64,000 nt of DNA from an uncultured Actinomycetes bacterium (GTDB lineage Bacteria > Actinomycetota > Thermoleophilia > UBA2241), in NCBI GenBank assembly GCA_963725665.1, contig CAVRZA010000008.1, forward strand, positions 128,001 through 192,000, read 5' to 3'. The stretch's first letter is position 1. Every line of letters starts with the position of its first letter. Shown piece after piece: positions 9,342 to 18,760 of this stretch. The notes under the pieces are model-generated. The model searched no databases, was not told the origin of the DNA, and was given only the letters and a program-made list of their open reading frames with translations. Made by a program: the position numbers and the translations under genes.

Positions 9342-10202
9342 GTGAGCGACCTCCTCACACGCGAGAACACCGCCATCGTGACCGACTCGACGGCCGACCC
9401 ACCCGCCGACTGGTTCGGCCGCGACGACCTGCGCATCGTCCCCCTCAAGGTCCATTTCGGTGACGAGACCTACCGCGACGGCTACGACCTCACGCCGGAG
9501 CAGTTCTTCGCCAAGCTGGCGACGTCGTCGGTCCTGCCGACGACGTCACAGCCCTCGGTGAGCGAGTTCGAGACCGTCTACCGCGAGCTGCGCGAGCGCT
9601 ACGAGCATGTCGTCTCCGTGCACATCACCCACTTCATGAGCGGCACCTTCGAGGCGGCGCGAGCCGCGGCCGAGCGCGTGCCGGGGGTCGAGGTCTTCGA
9701 CTCGGGTAACGTCACGACGACGATCTCACTCGAGGTGGTGCGCCTGTGGGCGCGGCTAGACCGCGGGGTGCCGATCGACGAGCTGCGCGACTACTGCCAT
9801 CACTTCGAGAGCGACAGCCGGCTGCTGATCCACGCGGCGACGCTCGAGTATCTGCGCCGCGGCGGGCGCATCGACCGCGCCCAGTCGATGATCGGCGACG
9901 TCTTCGGTATCAGGCCGCTGGTCGAGACCTACCAGGGGCACCTGAACGCTTACGCCAAGGTGCGCGGCGAGAGACGCACGCTGGAGGCCATGGTCGGCTA
10001 CCTCGAGAAGTACTCGCGACCCGACGACGAGCTGCACCTCTCGCTGACGCATGCCGCCAACCCGGAACCGATGAAGGCCCTCGGCCAGGCGCTGCTGGCG
10101 GCGCGTCCTAAGGCTGTGATCGACGTCGTGGGCGCCGTCGCCGCCGTCGTCGGCACCCACATTGGCCCCGGCGCCGTCGCCTTCAGTATGATTGTGGAGT
10201 GA
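9342..10202 (+). CDS. DegV family fatty-acid-binding protein (FakB)
   Basis: IVTDSTAD, PTTSQPS, LEYLRRGGRI, GTHIGPG; alternative start at 9312. Confidence 0.92.
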   Translation: MSDLLTRENTAIVTDSTADPPADWFGRDDLRIVPLKVHFGDETYRDGYDLTPEQFFAKLATSSVLPTTSQPSVSEFETVYRELRERYEHVVSVHITHFMSGTFEAARAAAERVPGVEVFDSGNVTTTISLEVVRLWARLDRGVPIDELRDYCHHFESDSRLLIHAATLEYLRRGGRIDRAQSMIGDVFGIRPLVETYQGHLNAYAKVRGERRTLEAMVGYLEKYSRPDDELHLSLTHAANPEPMKALGQALLAARPKAVIDVVGAVAAVVGTHIGPGAVAFSMIVE

Positions 10203-12358
10203 CTGAGGCGCCAACGCCGCTCGCCTTCGCCGGCGGTCACTACGCTTCACGGCCGCCGCGCCCGCACCGCTTCTTCGACCCCGCTCTTCTGCGCGCACCG
10301 CTGTCGGCGCTGCCCGGGGTCGGCACCGTCCTCACGCGCCGTCTGGCCGGCCTCGGGCTCGTCACCGTCGGCGACCTGATCGAGCACTACCCGCGTCGCT
10401 ATGAGGACTTCACGCAGCGCAAGCGGATCGCTGATATCAAGCTTGGAGAGGAGGCCACGGTGCGTGGCGTGGTCGAGCGGGTGCGCGCCGAGCGCACGGC
10501 GCGGCGTAATGTCCGCCTGACCAGGGTGACGCTGCGCGACGAGTCGGGTGTGCTCGAGGCGGTATGGTTCAACCAGCCCTACCTGGTCGACGTGTTCGCC
10601 GAGGGCATGCAGATCAGCCTGCGCGGCACCTATAAGCCCCAGGGGCGTCGCCCCACCTACGTCGTCAAGGCGCACGAGATCCTCGCCGAGAAGGGGGAGA
10701 CCGTGCACACGGAGGGCATCGTGCCGGTCTACCCGGCGAGCGAGGAGGTCTCGGCACGCTTTCTGCGCACGCTGGTGCACCTCGTGACGCCCGTCATGCG
10801 AGTGCTGCCCGACCCTTTGCCGGCGGAGCTGTGCGCACGGGAGCGTCTGCCGTCGCGGGCGGCCGCCGTCGTGGCAGTGCACGCGCCCAAGTCACTGGGC
10901 GAGGCGCGGGCCGCGCGAGAGCGCCTCGTGCTCGAGGAACTGCTGCTCATGCAGCTCGGGCTGCTCCTGCACAAGCGCCACGAGGAGGCGTCGGCGCTCG
11001 CTCTCGCGCTGCCCGCGCCCGCCGGACTCGCCCGCGGGTTCCTGGCCGACCTGCCCTTCACGCTCACGCACTACCAGGAGCACGCCATCACCGAGATCGA
11101 GGGCGACCTTACGCGGACGGTGCCGATGCGTCGTCTACTGCAAGGCGACGTCGGCTCGGGCAAGACGGTAGTGGCTCTCTACGCGCTCTTGCGCGCCGTC
11201 GAAGGTCGCGCACAGGGGGCCTTCATGGCGCCTACCGAGACATTGGCCGAGCAGCACTTCGAGACGATCAACGCGCTCGGCGGCGGCCGGGCGCGAGTCG
11301 AGCTTCTCACCTCGCGCCTGACCGCCGCCGAGCGCCGCGACACCCTCGCCCGCATTGGCGCCGGCGGGACCGAGGTGGTCGTGGGCACGCACGCCCTCAT
11401 CCAGGGCGACGTACGCTTCGCCAACCTGGCCGTCGTCGTCGTCGACGAGCAGCACCGCTTCGGCGTCGCCCAGCGCGACGAGCTGGCGGCCCGGGCGACA
11501 GACGACGGCCGCAGCCCGCACCTCCTCTACATGACGGCGACGCCGATCCCACGCACCCTGGCACTCACCTTCTACGGCGACCTCGACGTGACCACCATCG
11601 AGGGCTCGCCGGCCGGACGCACGCCGGTCGTCACGCGCCTCGTCGGCGAGGAGAAGCGCCCGCAAGGCTACGAGTTCATGCGCAAACAGCTCGACAAGGG
11701 TCGTCAGGCCTACGTCGTCTGTCCCAACATCGAGGAGTCGGAGGCGCTGCAGACTGCCGCCGCGCTCGAGGAGGCCGAGCGCCTACGCCGGGGGGAGTTC
11801 CGCGACTACCGCGTCGAGGTCATCCACGGTCAGCTCAAGACGGCCGCACGCGAGCGCGTCATGGCCGCCTTCAAGGCGGGCGAGATCGACGTGCTGGTGG
11901 CCACGACCGTGATCGAGGTCGGCATCGATGTGCCCAACGCCACCGTCATGATGATCGAGAGCGCCGAGCGCTTCGGTCTCGCGCAATTGCACCAGTTGCG
12001 CGGCCGCGTGGGGAGGGGGACGCAGAAGTCGTACTGCCTGCTTTTCGCCGAGACGACGACGCGCAACGCCGACGCCCGGCTCAAAGCCATGCTCGAGACC
12101 AACGACGGCTTCGTCCTCGCCGACAAGGACCTCGAGATACGCGGCGAGGGCCAGCTCTTCGGCACGCGCCAGTCGGGTCTGCCCGATCTCAAGGTCGCCA
12201 AGTTGACGCGCGATCGCGAGACGGTGGTCCGGGCCCGCCGACTGGCGCGTGCCGTCCTCGACGCCGACCCGGAGCTGGAGCATCCGCGAAACGGTCCCCT
12301 GAGCGATGCCTTGCACGAGGCCTTCGGTGGCGATGTCGCTTGGCTGCTCAAGGCCTGA
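10199..12358 (+). CDS. recG: ATP-dependent DNA helicase RecG
   Basis: RLLQGDVGSGKT, DEQHRFG, MTATPIPRTL, QLHQLRGRVGRG motifs. Confidence 0.98.
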   Translation: MTEAPTPLAFAGGHYASRPPRPHRFFDPALLRAPLSALPGVGTVLTRRLAGLGLVTVGDLIEHYPRRYEDFTQRKRIADIKLGEEATVRGVVERVRAERTARRNVRLTRVTLRDESGVLEAVWFNQPYLVDVFAEGMQISLRGTYKPQGRRPTYVVKAHEILAEKGETVHTEGIVPVYPASEEVSARFLRTLVHLVTPVMRVLPDPLPAELCARERLPSRAAAVVAVHAPKSLGEARAARERLVLEELLLMQLGLLLHKRHEEASALALALPAPAGLARGFLADLPFTLTHYQEHAITEIEGDLTRTVPMRRLLQGDVGSGKTVVALYALLRAVEGRAQGAFMAPTETLAEQHFETINALGGGRARVELLTSRLTAAERRDTLARIGAGGTEVVVGTHALIQGDVRFANLAVVVVDEQHRFGVAQRDELAARATDDGRSPHLLYMTATPIPRTLALTFYGDLDVTTIEGSPAGRTPVVTRLVGEEKRPQGYEFMRKQLDKGRQAYVVCPNIEESEALQTAAALEEAERLRRGEFRDYRVEVIHGQLKTAARERVMAAFKAGEIDVLVATTVIEVGIDVPNATVMMIESAERFGLAQLHQLRGRVGRGTQKSYCLLFAETTTRNADARLKAMLETNDGFVLADKDLEIRGEGQLFGTRQSGLPDLKVAKLTRDRETVVRARRLARAVLDADPELEHPRNGPLSDALHEAFGGDVAWLLKA

Positions 12359-12376
12359 GAGCGGCAGCTGCTCCCC

Positions 12377-13125
12377 TCAAGTGCCTGCGCCTCCGTTTGC
12401 TCGACCGGCTGACATGCGGCCCGTCATCATGAGGATGATCGTCCCGAGCTCGATGCGCGTGCGCTCGAGGTGAGACTCCATCGCGCTGGCCGCAGCTCGA
12501 GCGTCTCCGGAACGGATGGCCTGCAGGATCATGGAGTGTCCCCCGAACGTGGGTGCCACGTAGACGGGATGCGGCAGCCAGTCGAAGGGGAAGAAGATGT
12601 CGTCTCGCGCGGCCCGTATGGCACGGTAGAGCCGCTCGTTGCGCGAGGCCTGGGCGACAACCTCGTGGAACGTCGCGTCGGCTCGGCGAAAGGCGACCCG
12701 GAAGTCGCTCGTCGCCGCGTCGCCCCTGTTCTCGAGTATGCGGATGCTCTCGCGCATCGCCGCCAGGTCGCTCCCGTTCCTCCGGTTGGCGGCGAGAAAG
12801 GCACTCCTGGTCTCGAGGGCGATACGGTAGTCGAAGAGCTCGTCGAGCTCCGCCGGGTTCTCGCGTATGCGTTCGTACCACAGCTCCTGCGGCAGTGTCA
12901 GGTCGGTGACGAAGTTGCCGCCCACGCGCCCGCGGACCGTCTCGACGAAGCCCTCCTGTCTCAAGGCCTGCAGGGCCTCGCGGATGGTGGTGCGGGAGAC
13001 GGCCAGCTCCTCCGCCAGCTCGCGCTCGGTCGGCAGGCGTTGCCCTTGGGGCAGCTCCCCCCGCGGATGCGGCGTCGCAGCTCCTCGGCTATCTCCCACC
13101 GGGTGCCGCGTGGGGAAGGGAGCAT
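12377..13125 (-). pseudogene. GntR/FadR-family regulator split by a -1 frameshift in a G6 run
   Basis: MLPSPRGTRWEIAEELRRRIRGG in one frame; ELPQGQRLPTERELAEELAVSRTTIREAL plus FCD domain in another; C6 run at 13057-13062 on the + strand. Confidence 0.8.
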
Positions 13126-13154
13126 GTCCTGCCAGGCACTCACTGTGCCGCCTC

Positions 13155-13388
13155 TCAACCGCCGGCTATCGACGGGATCGCGATGATCTCGTCGCCATCT
13201 TGCGGTTGGAACTCCGGTGGTCGAACTCGGCCGTTGACCGCGTAGGCCATCGTCGTCCCGTCCGGAACGTCCAGTAGCCGCATCACATCTGCGAGGGTAC
13301 TGCCGCGTGTAGCTTCGACTGCCAGCGCCGACGCGGGCTTGCTCAGCACGGACGGCAGGATGCCCGAGAATGTGACCTTCACCCACAC
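13155..13388 (-). CDS. MoaD/ThiS family sulfur carrier
   Basis: 77 aa, VNG..DGDEIIAIPSIAGG with C-terminal GG; directly behind the AOR remnant. Confidence 0.85.
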   Translation of the reverse strand: MWVKVTFSGILPSVLSKPASALAVEATRGSTLADVMRLLDVPDGTTMAYAVNGRVRPPEFQPQDGDEIIAIPSIAGG

Positions 13389-13393
13389 GCTCG

Positions 13394-13960
13394 TCAGGCC
13401 CCCTCCGAACGCCCGCTGGTCACCAGTGCCGGGATGGCCCAGTCGAGCCCGAGGTCCATGAGCTTCCCGTCTGAGGGAACACCCGTCTCCGGGTCCCGGC
13501 CCATCATCTCGTAGTACTCGGAGCGCGCCTCGTCGAAGCGCGAGCTGTCGACCCGGGCGCCGTCGCGCGTCCCTTCCCGGAGAGGCTCGAACATCCTCGC
13601 CGGCAGCACGTCGGACTCGATCCCCGGGTCTTCCCTCGAATTGAAGGCCTTCATCAGGTCCACCCGCCGCTCGCCTGCCCTCATCAACTCCCAGAAGCTC
13701 ATCGACCAGCCTGTCACGTGGCGCACGAAAGCGCACAACTCGTCGTATGTGTAGACCGCTCCCGGCCCCAAATGAAGTGGCAGACCGTGAGCGTGTCCAT
13801 GGCGCTGTAGAAGAGCTGCGAGAGCAGGGTGGCCTTGACCTTGGCCCGGTCGAGACTCTCGAGGTCGGTCAGGTCGGTGATGCCCAGACCTCGCGAGAGG
13901 TCGTTGTCGGAGGCACCGATCCAGTCGTGCTCACAGGCCATGTGGTCGCGCGGAGTACTT
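13394..13960 (-). pseudogene. C-terminal remnant of aldehyde:ferredoxin oxidoreductase (AOR family), 5'-truncated and frameshifted
   Basis: DHM..HD, D.L.VCHF, VTGW..ELMRAGER, AFNSRE, D.LPARMFEP, YYEMMG..GVP..L..LGL motifs; frameshift at 13766-13769; no N-terminal domain. Confidence 0.8.
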
Positions 13961-14027
13961 TCTGGGCGGTCGGCCAGCGGTCTGACCGGGAAGAGTCGAG
14001 CGTCGTGGGGGGAGAGCCTGTTCGGCG

Positions 14028-14882
14028 ATGCGCGTCGCGGCAGTGCAGATGAACGTCGGCGAGCGCAAGAGCGACAACGTCGCTCTTGCGCTCGCACTAG
14101 TCGATGAGGCGGCGGCTCGGGGAGCACGATTCATCGTGCTCCCCGAGCTGATGACCTACCACGGCTCGCCGTCGCGTTACCCCGAGGTCGCAGAGTCAAT
14201 TCCCGGTCCCACGTCGGATCAGCTCGCCGCCAAGGCGCGGGAGCACGGCTGCTTCATCCACGGGGGGAGTCTCGTCGAGCCTGGTCCGTCGGCGGACCTC
14301 TACTACAACGCGAGCTACATCCTCGATCCCAGCGGGTCGGTGAGCGCCGTCTATCGCAAGCTGCACCTGTTCGACGTCGCGGTGTCGAAGGAGGTCTCGG
14401 CGCACGAGTCAGCGTCGATCGCACCCGGCGACGTTCTTGTAGCCGTTGGGCTTCCCGAGTTCGTCGTCGGCATGTCGATCTGCTTCGACCTTCGCTTCCC
14501 GGAGCTCTATCGCGCGCTCGCCGCGGCTGGCGCCCAGGTGCTGGTGGTGGCCGCGGCCTTCCGAGAGATCACCGGCAGGGTTCACTGGGATGCCCTCGTG
14601 CGGGCGCGGGCGATCGAGAACCACGCCTACGTCATCGCTGCGGCCCAGAGGGGCGTCGCCGGCGGAAACGTCGCCATGCACGGGCACAGCGTGATCGTCG
14701 ACCCGTGGGGAGGAGTGTTGGCGGCGCTACCCGACGACGACGGTGTGATCGTGGCCGAGGTCGATGCGGCCGAGGTGGTGAGGAGGCGAGGGCAGATCCC
14801 GGTCCTCGCGGCCAGACGCGGCGACGTTTATGCGCGCCCGGTGCGCCTTTACGGGACGGACGGGTCCGCGCGGACGACGTGA
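14028..14882 (+). CDS. Carbon-nitrogen hydrolase (nitrilase superfamily, Nit1/YbeM-like)
   Basis: LPE, YRKLHLFD, ICFDLRFPE (E-K-C triad), RARAIEN, GHS.IVDPWG. Confidence 0.92.
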   Translation: MRVAAVQMNVGERKSDNVALALALVDEAAARGARFIVLPELMTYHGSPSRYPEVAESIPGPTSDQLAAKAREHGCFIHGGSLVEPGPSADLYYNASYILDPSGSVSAVYRKLHLFDVAVSKEVSAHESASIAPGDVLVAVGLPEFVVGMSICFDLRFPELYRALAAAGAQVLVVAAAFREITGRVHWDALVRARAIENHAYVIAAAQRGVAGGNVAMHGHSVIVDPWGGVLAALPDDDGVIVAEVDAAEVVRRRGQIPVLAARRGDVYARPVRLYGTDGSARTT

Positions 14883-14935
14883 GCTGCGGCCTTGGAGGCG
14901 CACGCAGGCGTCCGTGTGTCGACTAGGCAAGCGGC

Positions 14936-14982
14936 AGAAAGAAGAGGCGGCCACCGCCTGGGGGGAGGGCGGTGGCCGCCTC
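14936..14982 (-). terminator. Intrinsic terminator downstream of htrA
   Basis: 15-bp stem GAGGCGGCCACCGCC/GGCGGTGGCCGCCTC followed on the minus strand by TTCTTTCT. Confidence 0.7.
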
Positions 14983-15068
14983 GGGCAAGCACGCGGGAGC
15001 CAACGCGTGCCGGGGAGGGGGTCAGAGATCGTTCAGCTTCTGCCTGTACTCCTCGCGGGACGTCGCCG

Positions 15069-16277
15069 TCAGAAGGAAGCCGGCCGCTCGCCCAACTTCA
15101 CCGTAAGGGTCTTCGTCGACGACCCGTGGACGATCGTGAGCTTCACCGTGTCGCCGGTCTTGTGGGAGTTGATGATGCCGGCGAGCTGGTCCATGCCCGT
15201 CAGGGCGGTGCCGTCGATGGACGTTATGATGTCGCCGCCGGTGACATAGGTCTGTCCCTGGATCGACTGCTGCTGAGAGCCGCCCTTGATGCCCGCCTTG
15301 GCTGCAGGGCTGCCCGAGACCACGCGGGCCACGAGGACCCCCTCGGTCGTCTTGAGGCCGAGCGTCTTGGCCACGTCGGGCGACAGCGTCTGCCCCTCGA
15401 TGCCCAGCCAGGCGTAGCTCACGCTGCCGCTGGTGCGCAGTTGGTTCATCACGTTCTCGGCGGTGTCGATGGGCACGGCGAAGCCCAGACCGGTATTGGC
15501 TCCGGTCGTCGAGGCGATCTGCTCGTTGATGCCGATCACCTGTCCGCTGCTGTCGATGAGGGGGCCGCCGGAGTTGCCTTCGTTGATGGCGGCGTCGGTC
15601 TGAATGCCGTTGGAGATCGTGGAGCCGTTGGGCGATTGGAGATTGCGATTGGTCGCCGAGACGATGCCCTCGGTGATCGAGAAGTCGTAGCCGAGTGGGT
15701 TGCCTATGGCCACCACCGGCTCGCCGGGTTGCACCGTGCTCGAGTCTCCGAGCGGGATCGGGTCGAGGGTGCCCACCTTGCTGGGGTCGACCTTGATCAG
15801 GGCCACGTCGCTCGTGTTGTCGGCGCCCACGACGGTGCCGGTGACGGTCTTGGTCTGCGTGCCCGTCCCCTTGAAGACGACCTGGACCGTCTTGACCGTC
15901 TGGCCGTTGTCGCTGACCACGTGGGCGTTGGTGAGGATGTAGCCGTCGTTCGTGACGACGAAGCCGGAGCCCAGTGCCTGCTGCGTCTGGGGACCGAAGA
16001 ACTGCTGGTTGGCGCTGCTGGAGAACGTGGAGATGATCTCGACTACGCCTTGAGCGTACTTCTGGTAGATCTCACTCGCGGAGAGGCCGCCGCTCGTTGA
16101 AGCGACCGGTTGTGTGGCCGACGATGTCGTCGTCGACGACGTCGCCGCGGCCGCACGCTCCACGACCGTCGTCTGCGTTGTCTTGACCGGAACGATGCCG
16201 GCGGCCATCAGGGCGATCAACAGCAGGATCGTGACGGCGACACCGAACAGAAAGACAGTGATGTGCGAGCGCCTCAT
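15069..16277 (-). CDS. htrA: HtrA/DegP-like serine protease with N-terminal TM and one PDZ domain
   Basis: TNAHVV, DVAL, IQTDAAINEGNSGGPL triad motifs; WLGI..GSPAAKAG PDZ. Confidence 0.93.
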   Translation of the reverse strand: MRRSHITVFLFGVAVTILLLIALMAAGIVPVKTTQTTVVERAAAATSSTTTSSATQPVASTSGGLSASEIYQKYAQGVVEIISTFSSSANQQFFGPQTQQALGSGFVVTNDGYILTNAHVVSDNGQTVKTVQVVFKGTGTQTKTVTGTVVGADNTSDVALIKVDPSKVGTLDPIPLGDSSTVQPGEPVVAIGNPLGYDFSITEGIVSATNRNLQSPNGSTISNGIQTDAAINEGNSGGPLIDSSGQVIGINEQIASTTGANTGLGFAVPIDTAENVMNQLRTSGSVSYAWLGIEGQTLSPDVAKTLGLKTTEGVLVARVVSGSPAAKAGIKGGSQQQSIQGQTYVTGGDIITSIDGTALTGMDQLAGIINSHKTGDTVKLTIVHGSSTKTLTVKLGERPASF

Positions 16278-16337
16278 TCGTGCCTCCTTCGCGGCCGTAC
16301 ATGCACAATCGCGACCGCCCTCGAACAGATCATCCCT

Positions 16338-16392
16338 CTTGTAGCCGAGGCAGCTATGGCGAACCTGTACCGTTGCTTGGAGATAGCTGTGA
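16338..16392 (-). promoter_or_regulatory. htrA promoter with four OmpR/PhoP-type half-sites
   Basis: Minus strand TCACAGC-N4-TCCAAGC-N4-GTACAGG-N4-CCATAG, 10 nt, TACAAG. Confidence 0.65.
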
Positions 16393-16444
16393 CTCTCGCC
16401 GCGAAAGGTGTGAAACGCGGCGCAGGCGAGTACTCTTGAGACAT

Positions 16445-16499
16445 GCACAGGTCCTTCACAGGAAGGGCACAGTCTCCTCCAACGGGGCGACCGTAACCT
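16445..16499 (+). promoter_or_regulatory. Two-component operon promoter with four half-sites (putative autoregulation)
   Basis: GCACAGG-N4-TCACAGG-N4-GCACAGT-N4-TCCAAC, 10 nt, TAACCT. Confidence 0.7.
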
Positions 16500-16528
16500 C
16501 CGGTCGTAGCGAAGGAGAGGGGGATGAT

Positions 16529-17221
16529 GTGGGCGCGCAACAGAAGGTCCTCGTCGTAGACGACGAAGAAAGCCTCACCGATCTCATCGGCCTGGCGCTG
16601 CGCTACGAGCAGTTCGAGGTCGCCGTCGCCCACACGGGCCACGAGGCGTTGAGCTCGGTGCACTCCTTCCACCCCGACCTGGTGGTGCTGGATGTCATGA
16701 TGCCCGGCATCGACGGCTTCGAGGTCGCCCGGCGCCTGGCCGGCGAGGCGCCCTCGACGCCGATACTCTTTCTCACCGCCCGCGACGCGACCGAGGATAA
16801 GATCCGCGGCCTCACGTTGGGCGGCGACGACTACATGACGAAACCCTTCAGTCTCGAGGAGCTCGTCGCTCGCATCCGCGCCGTCCTGCGGCGCACCCAG
16901 CGCGCCGGCGAGGAGCCCGCCGTGCTCTCGTTTGCCGATCTGGAGATGAACGAAGACACCTACGAAGTGCACCGCAACGGCACGCCGGTCGAGCTGACCG
17001 CCACGGAGTACAAGCTGCTGCGTTACCTCATGATGAATCCTCGGCGCGTGCTCTCGAAGGCGCAGATCCTCGATCGCGTGTGGAACTACGATTTCGGCGG
17101 CGACGCCAACGTCGTGGAGATCTACATCAGCTACCTGCGCAAGAAGCTCGACCCCCTCGGCTCGCCGCTCATCCACACCGTGCGCGGCTTCGGCTACTGC
17201 CTGCGCGAAGCGCGGGAGTAG
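16529..17221 (+). CDS. OmpR/PhoB-family response regulator (PhoP/TrcR-like)
   Basis: VLVVDDE, VLDVMMP, DDYMTKPFS, VWNYDFGGDANVVEIYISYLRKK, HTVRGFGY. Confidence 0.95.
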   Translation: MGAQQKVLVVDDEESLTDLIGLALRYEQFEVAVAHTGHEALSSVHSFHPDLVVLDVMMPGIDGFEVARRLAGEAPSTPILFLTARDATEDKIRGLTLGGDDYMTKPFSLEELVARIRAVLRRTQRAGEEPAVLSFADLEMNEDTYEVHRNGTPVELTATEYKLLRYLMMNPRRVLSKAQILDRVWNYDFGGDANVVEIYISYLRKKLDPLGSPLIHTVRGFGYCLREARE

Positions 17222-17223
17222 GC

Positions 17224-18726
17224 GTGTCACTGCGGCTCCGCCTCCTGCTGGCGCTCGTCGCCCTCGTCGCCGTCGGGCTGCTGGTCGCCGACGCGGTGAC
17301 CTACGCGTCGCTGCGCTCGTTTCTCGTCACTCGCGTGGACCAGCAACTCGAGCAGGCTCGCGGCCCGGCCGTGCGAGCGCTGCTGGAGTCGGGCAGCGGC
17401 GGCTCGCCGTCGCTCCCCGGCGGGCCGCCCGGCGGCGTGCCGAACCTGCCTCCCGGCACCTACGTGGCCATCATCGACAGCTCAGGCAGGACGGTGAGCG
17501 CGACCGCGTTCACCTACGGGGGAGAGTCCGTGGCGCCTCCCTCGCTGCCGAGCGACCTCAGCAAGCTCGTCACTACGAACCCCGAAGGGGCGACCGTAAC
17601 GGTCGGCGCTACGGGCTCGCGGCTCACCTATCGCGTGCTTGTCTGGGGGGTGACGGCGACGACCGGTGCTGACTACATCGTCGTGGTGGCCGTCCCGCTG
17701 AGCGACCTCAAGCAGACGCTCGGGCGGCTCCTGCTGATCGAGGTTCTGGTGACGGTCGGCGTGCTGCTTGGTCTCGGCGGGCTGGCGTGGTGGATCGTGC
17801 GCCGCGAGATGCGCCCGCTCGAGGACATGGCGGTGACCGCCGGCGCCATCGCCGCCGGCGATCTCACGCGGCGCGTCGAGCCCGCCGAGCCGCGCACGGA
17901 AGTCGGGCGGCTCGGCCTGGCCCTCAACGCCATGCTGGCACAGATCGAGCAGGCGTTCGCGCGCCGCAAGGCTTCCGAAGACGCCTTGCGGCGCTTCCTG
18001 GCGCAAGCCTCCCACGAGCTGCGCACGCCGCTGGCCTCGATCCGCGGCTACGCTGAACTGTTCCGGCGTGGCGCCAAGGACCGCCCTGAGGACCTCGAGC
18101 TCGCCATGCGCCGGATCGAGCAGGAGGGAGCGCGCATGGGCGTGCTCGTCGAGGAGCTGCTGTTGCTGGCGAGGCTCGACGAGGGGCGACCGCTCAAACG
18201 CGAGCCCGTCGATCTCGCACAGGTGGCGACCGACGCCGTGGCCGATGCCCGGATCACGGACCCCGGGCGCGTCATCGACCTTGCCGTGAGCGATCCCGTC
18301 GTCCTTGAGGGTGACGAGGTCCGGCTACGCCAGGTCGCTGCGAATCTCGTGATGAACGCCTTGGTCCATGCCGGGCCGGAGGCGCAGGTTCTTGTCGGCG
18401 CTCGGGCCCACGACGGCTGGGCCGAGCTCGAGGTGTCCGACGATGGCGTCGGCATGTCTCCGGAGGTGGCGGAGCACGTCTTCGAGCCGTTCTTCCACGC
18501 CGACGGCGAACCGGGCGAGGAGTCGTCGCCCGGCGAGGCCAAGGCCAAGAGCACGACGGGTCTCGGCCTCGCCATCGCGCTGGGCATCGCCCAGGCGCAC
18601 GGGGGGACGATCGATCTGCGCACTGCGCCCGGACAAGGCTCTGACTTCATCGTGCGTCTGCCGCTCGACACTGGGGAGCGCTCCGCGCCGGAGTCGCCAG
18701 AGCCGTTGCGCGCGCAGCAGCCCTGA
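17224..18726 (+). CDS. HAMP-domain sensor histidine kinase
   Basis: Two TMs, HAMP, ASHELRTPL H-box, N-box, DDGVG and GLGLAI. Confidence 0.95.
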   Translation: MSLRLRLLLALVALVAVGLLVADAVTYASLRSFLVTRVDQQLEQARGPAVRALLESGSGGSPSLPGGPPGGVPNLPPGTYVAIIDSSGRTVSATAFTYGGESVAPPSLPSDLSKLVTTNPEGATVTVGATGSRLTYRVLVWGVTATTGADYIVVVAVPLSDLKQTLGRLLLIEVLVTVGVLLGLGGLAWWIVRREMRPLEDMAVTAGAIAAGDLTRRVEPAEPRTEVGRLGLALNAMLAQIEQAFARRKASEDALRRFLAQASHELRTPLASIRGYAELFRRGAKDRPEDLELAMRRIEQEGARMGVLVEELLLLARLDEGRPLKREPVDLAQVATDAVADARITDPGRVIDLAVSDPVVLEGDEVRLRQVAANLVMNALVHAGPEAQVLVGARAHDGWAELEVSDDGVGMSPEVAEHVFEPFFHADGEPGEESSPGEAKAKSTTGLGLAIALGIAQAHGGTIDLRTAPGQGSDFIVRLPLDTGERSAPESPEPLRAQQP

Positions 18727-18760
18727 CGCGGACCCATCCGACTCGGGACTCGTCCGACAC

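Noticed and set aside
16388-16424. CRP/GlxR site from TGTGA half-sites
   Set aside because: No matching TCACA at N6; one TGTGA is better explained as the minus-strand TCACAGC box
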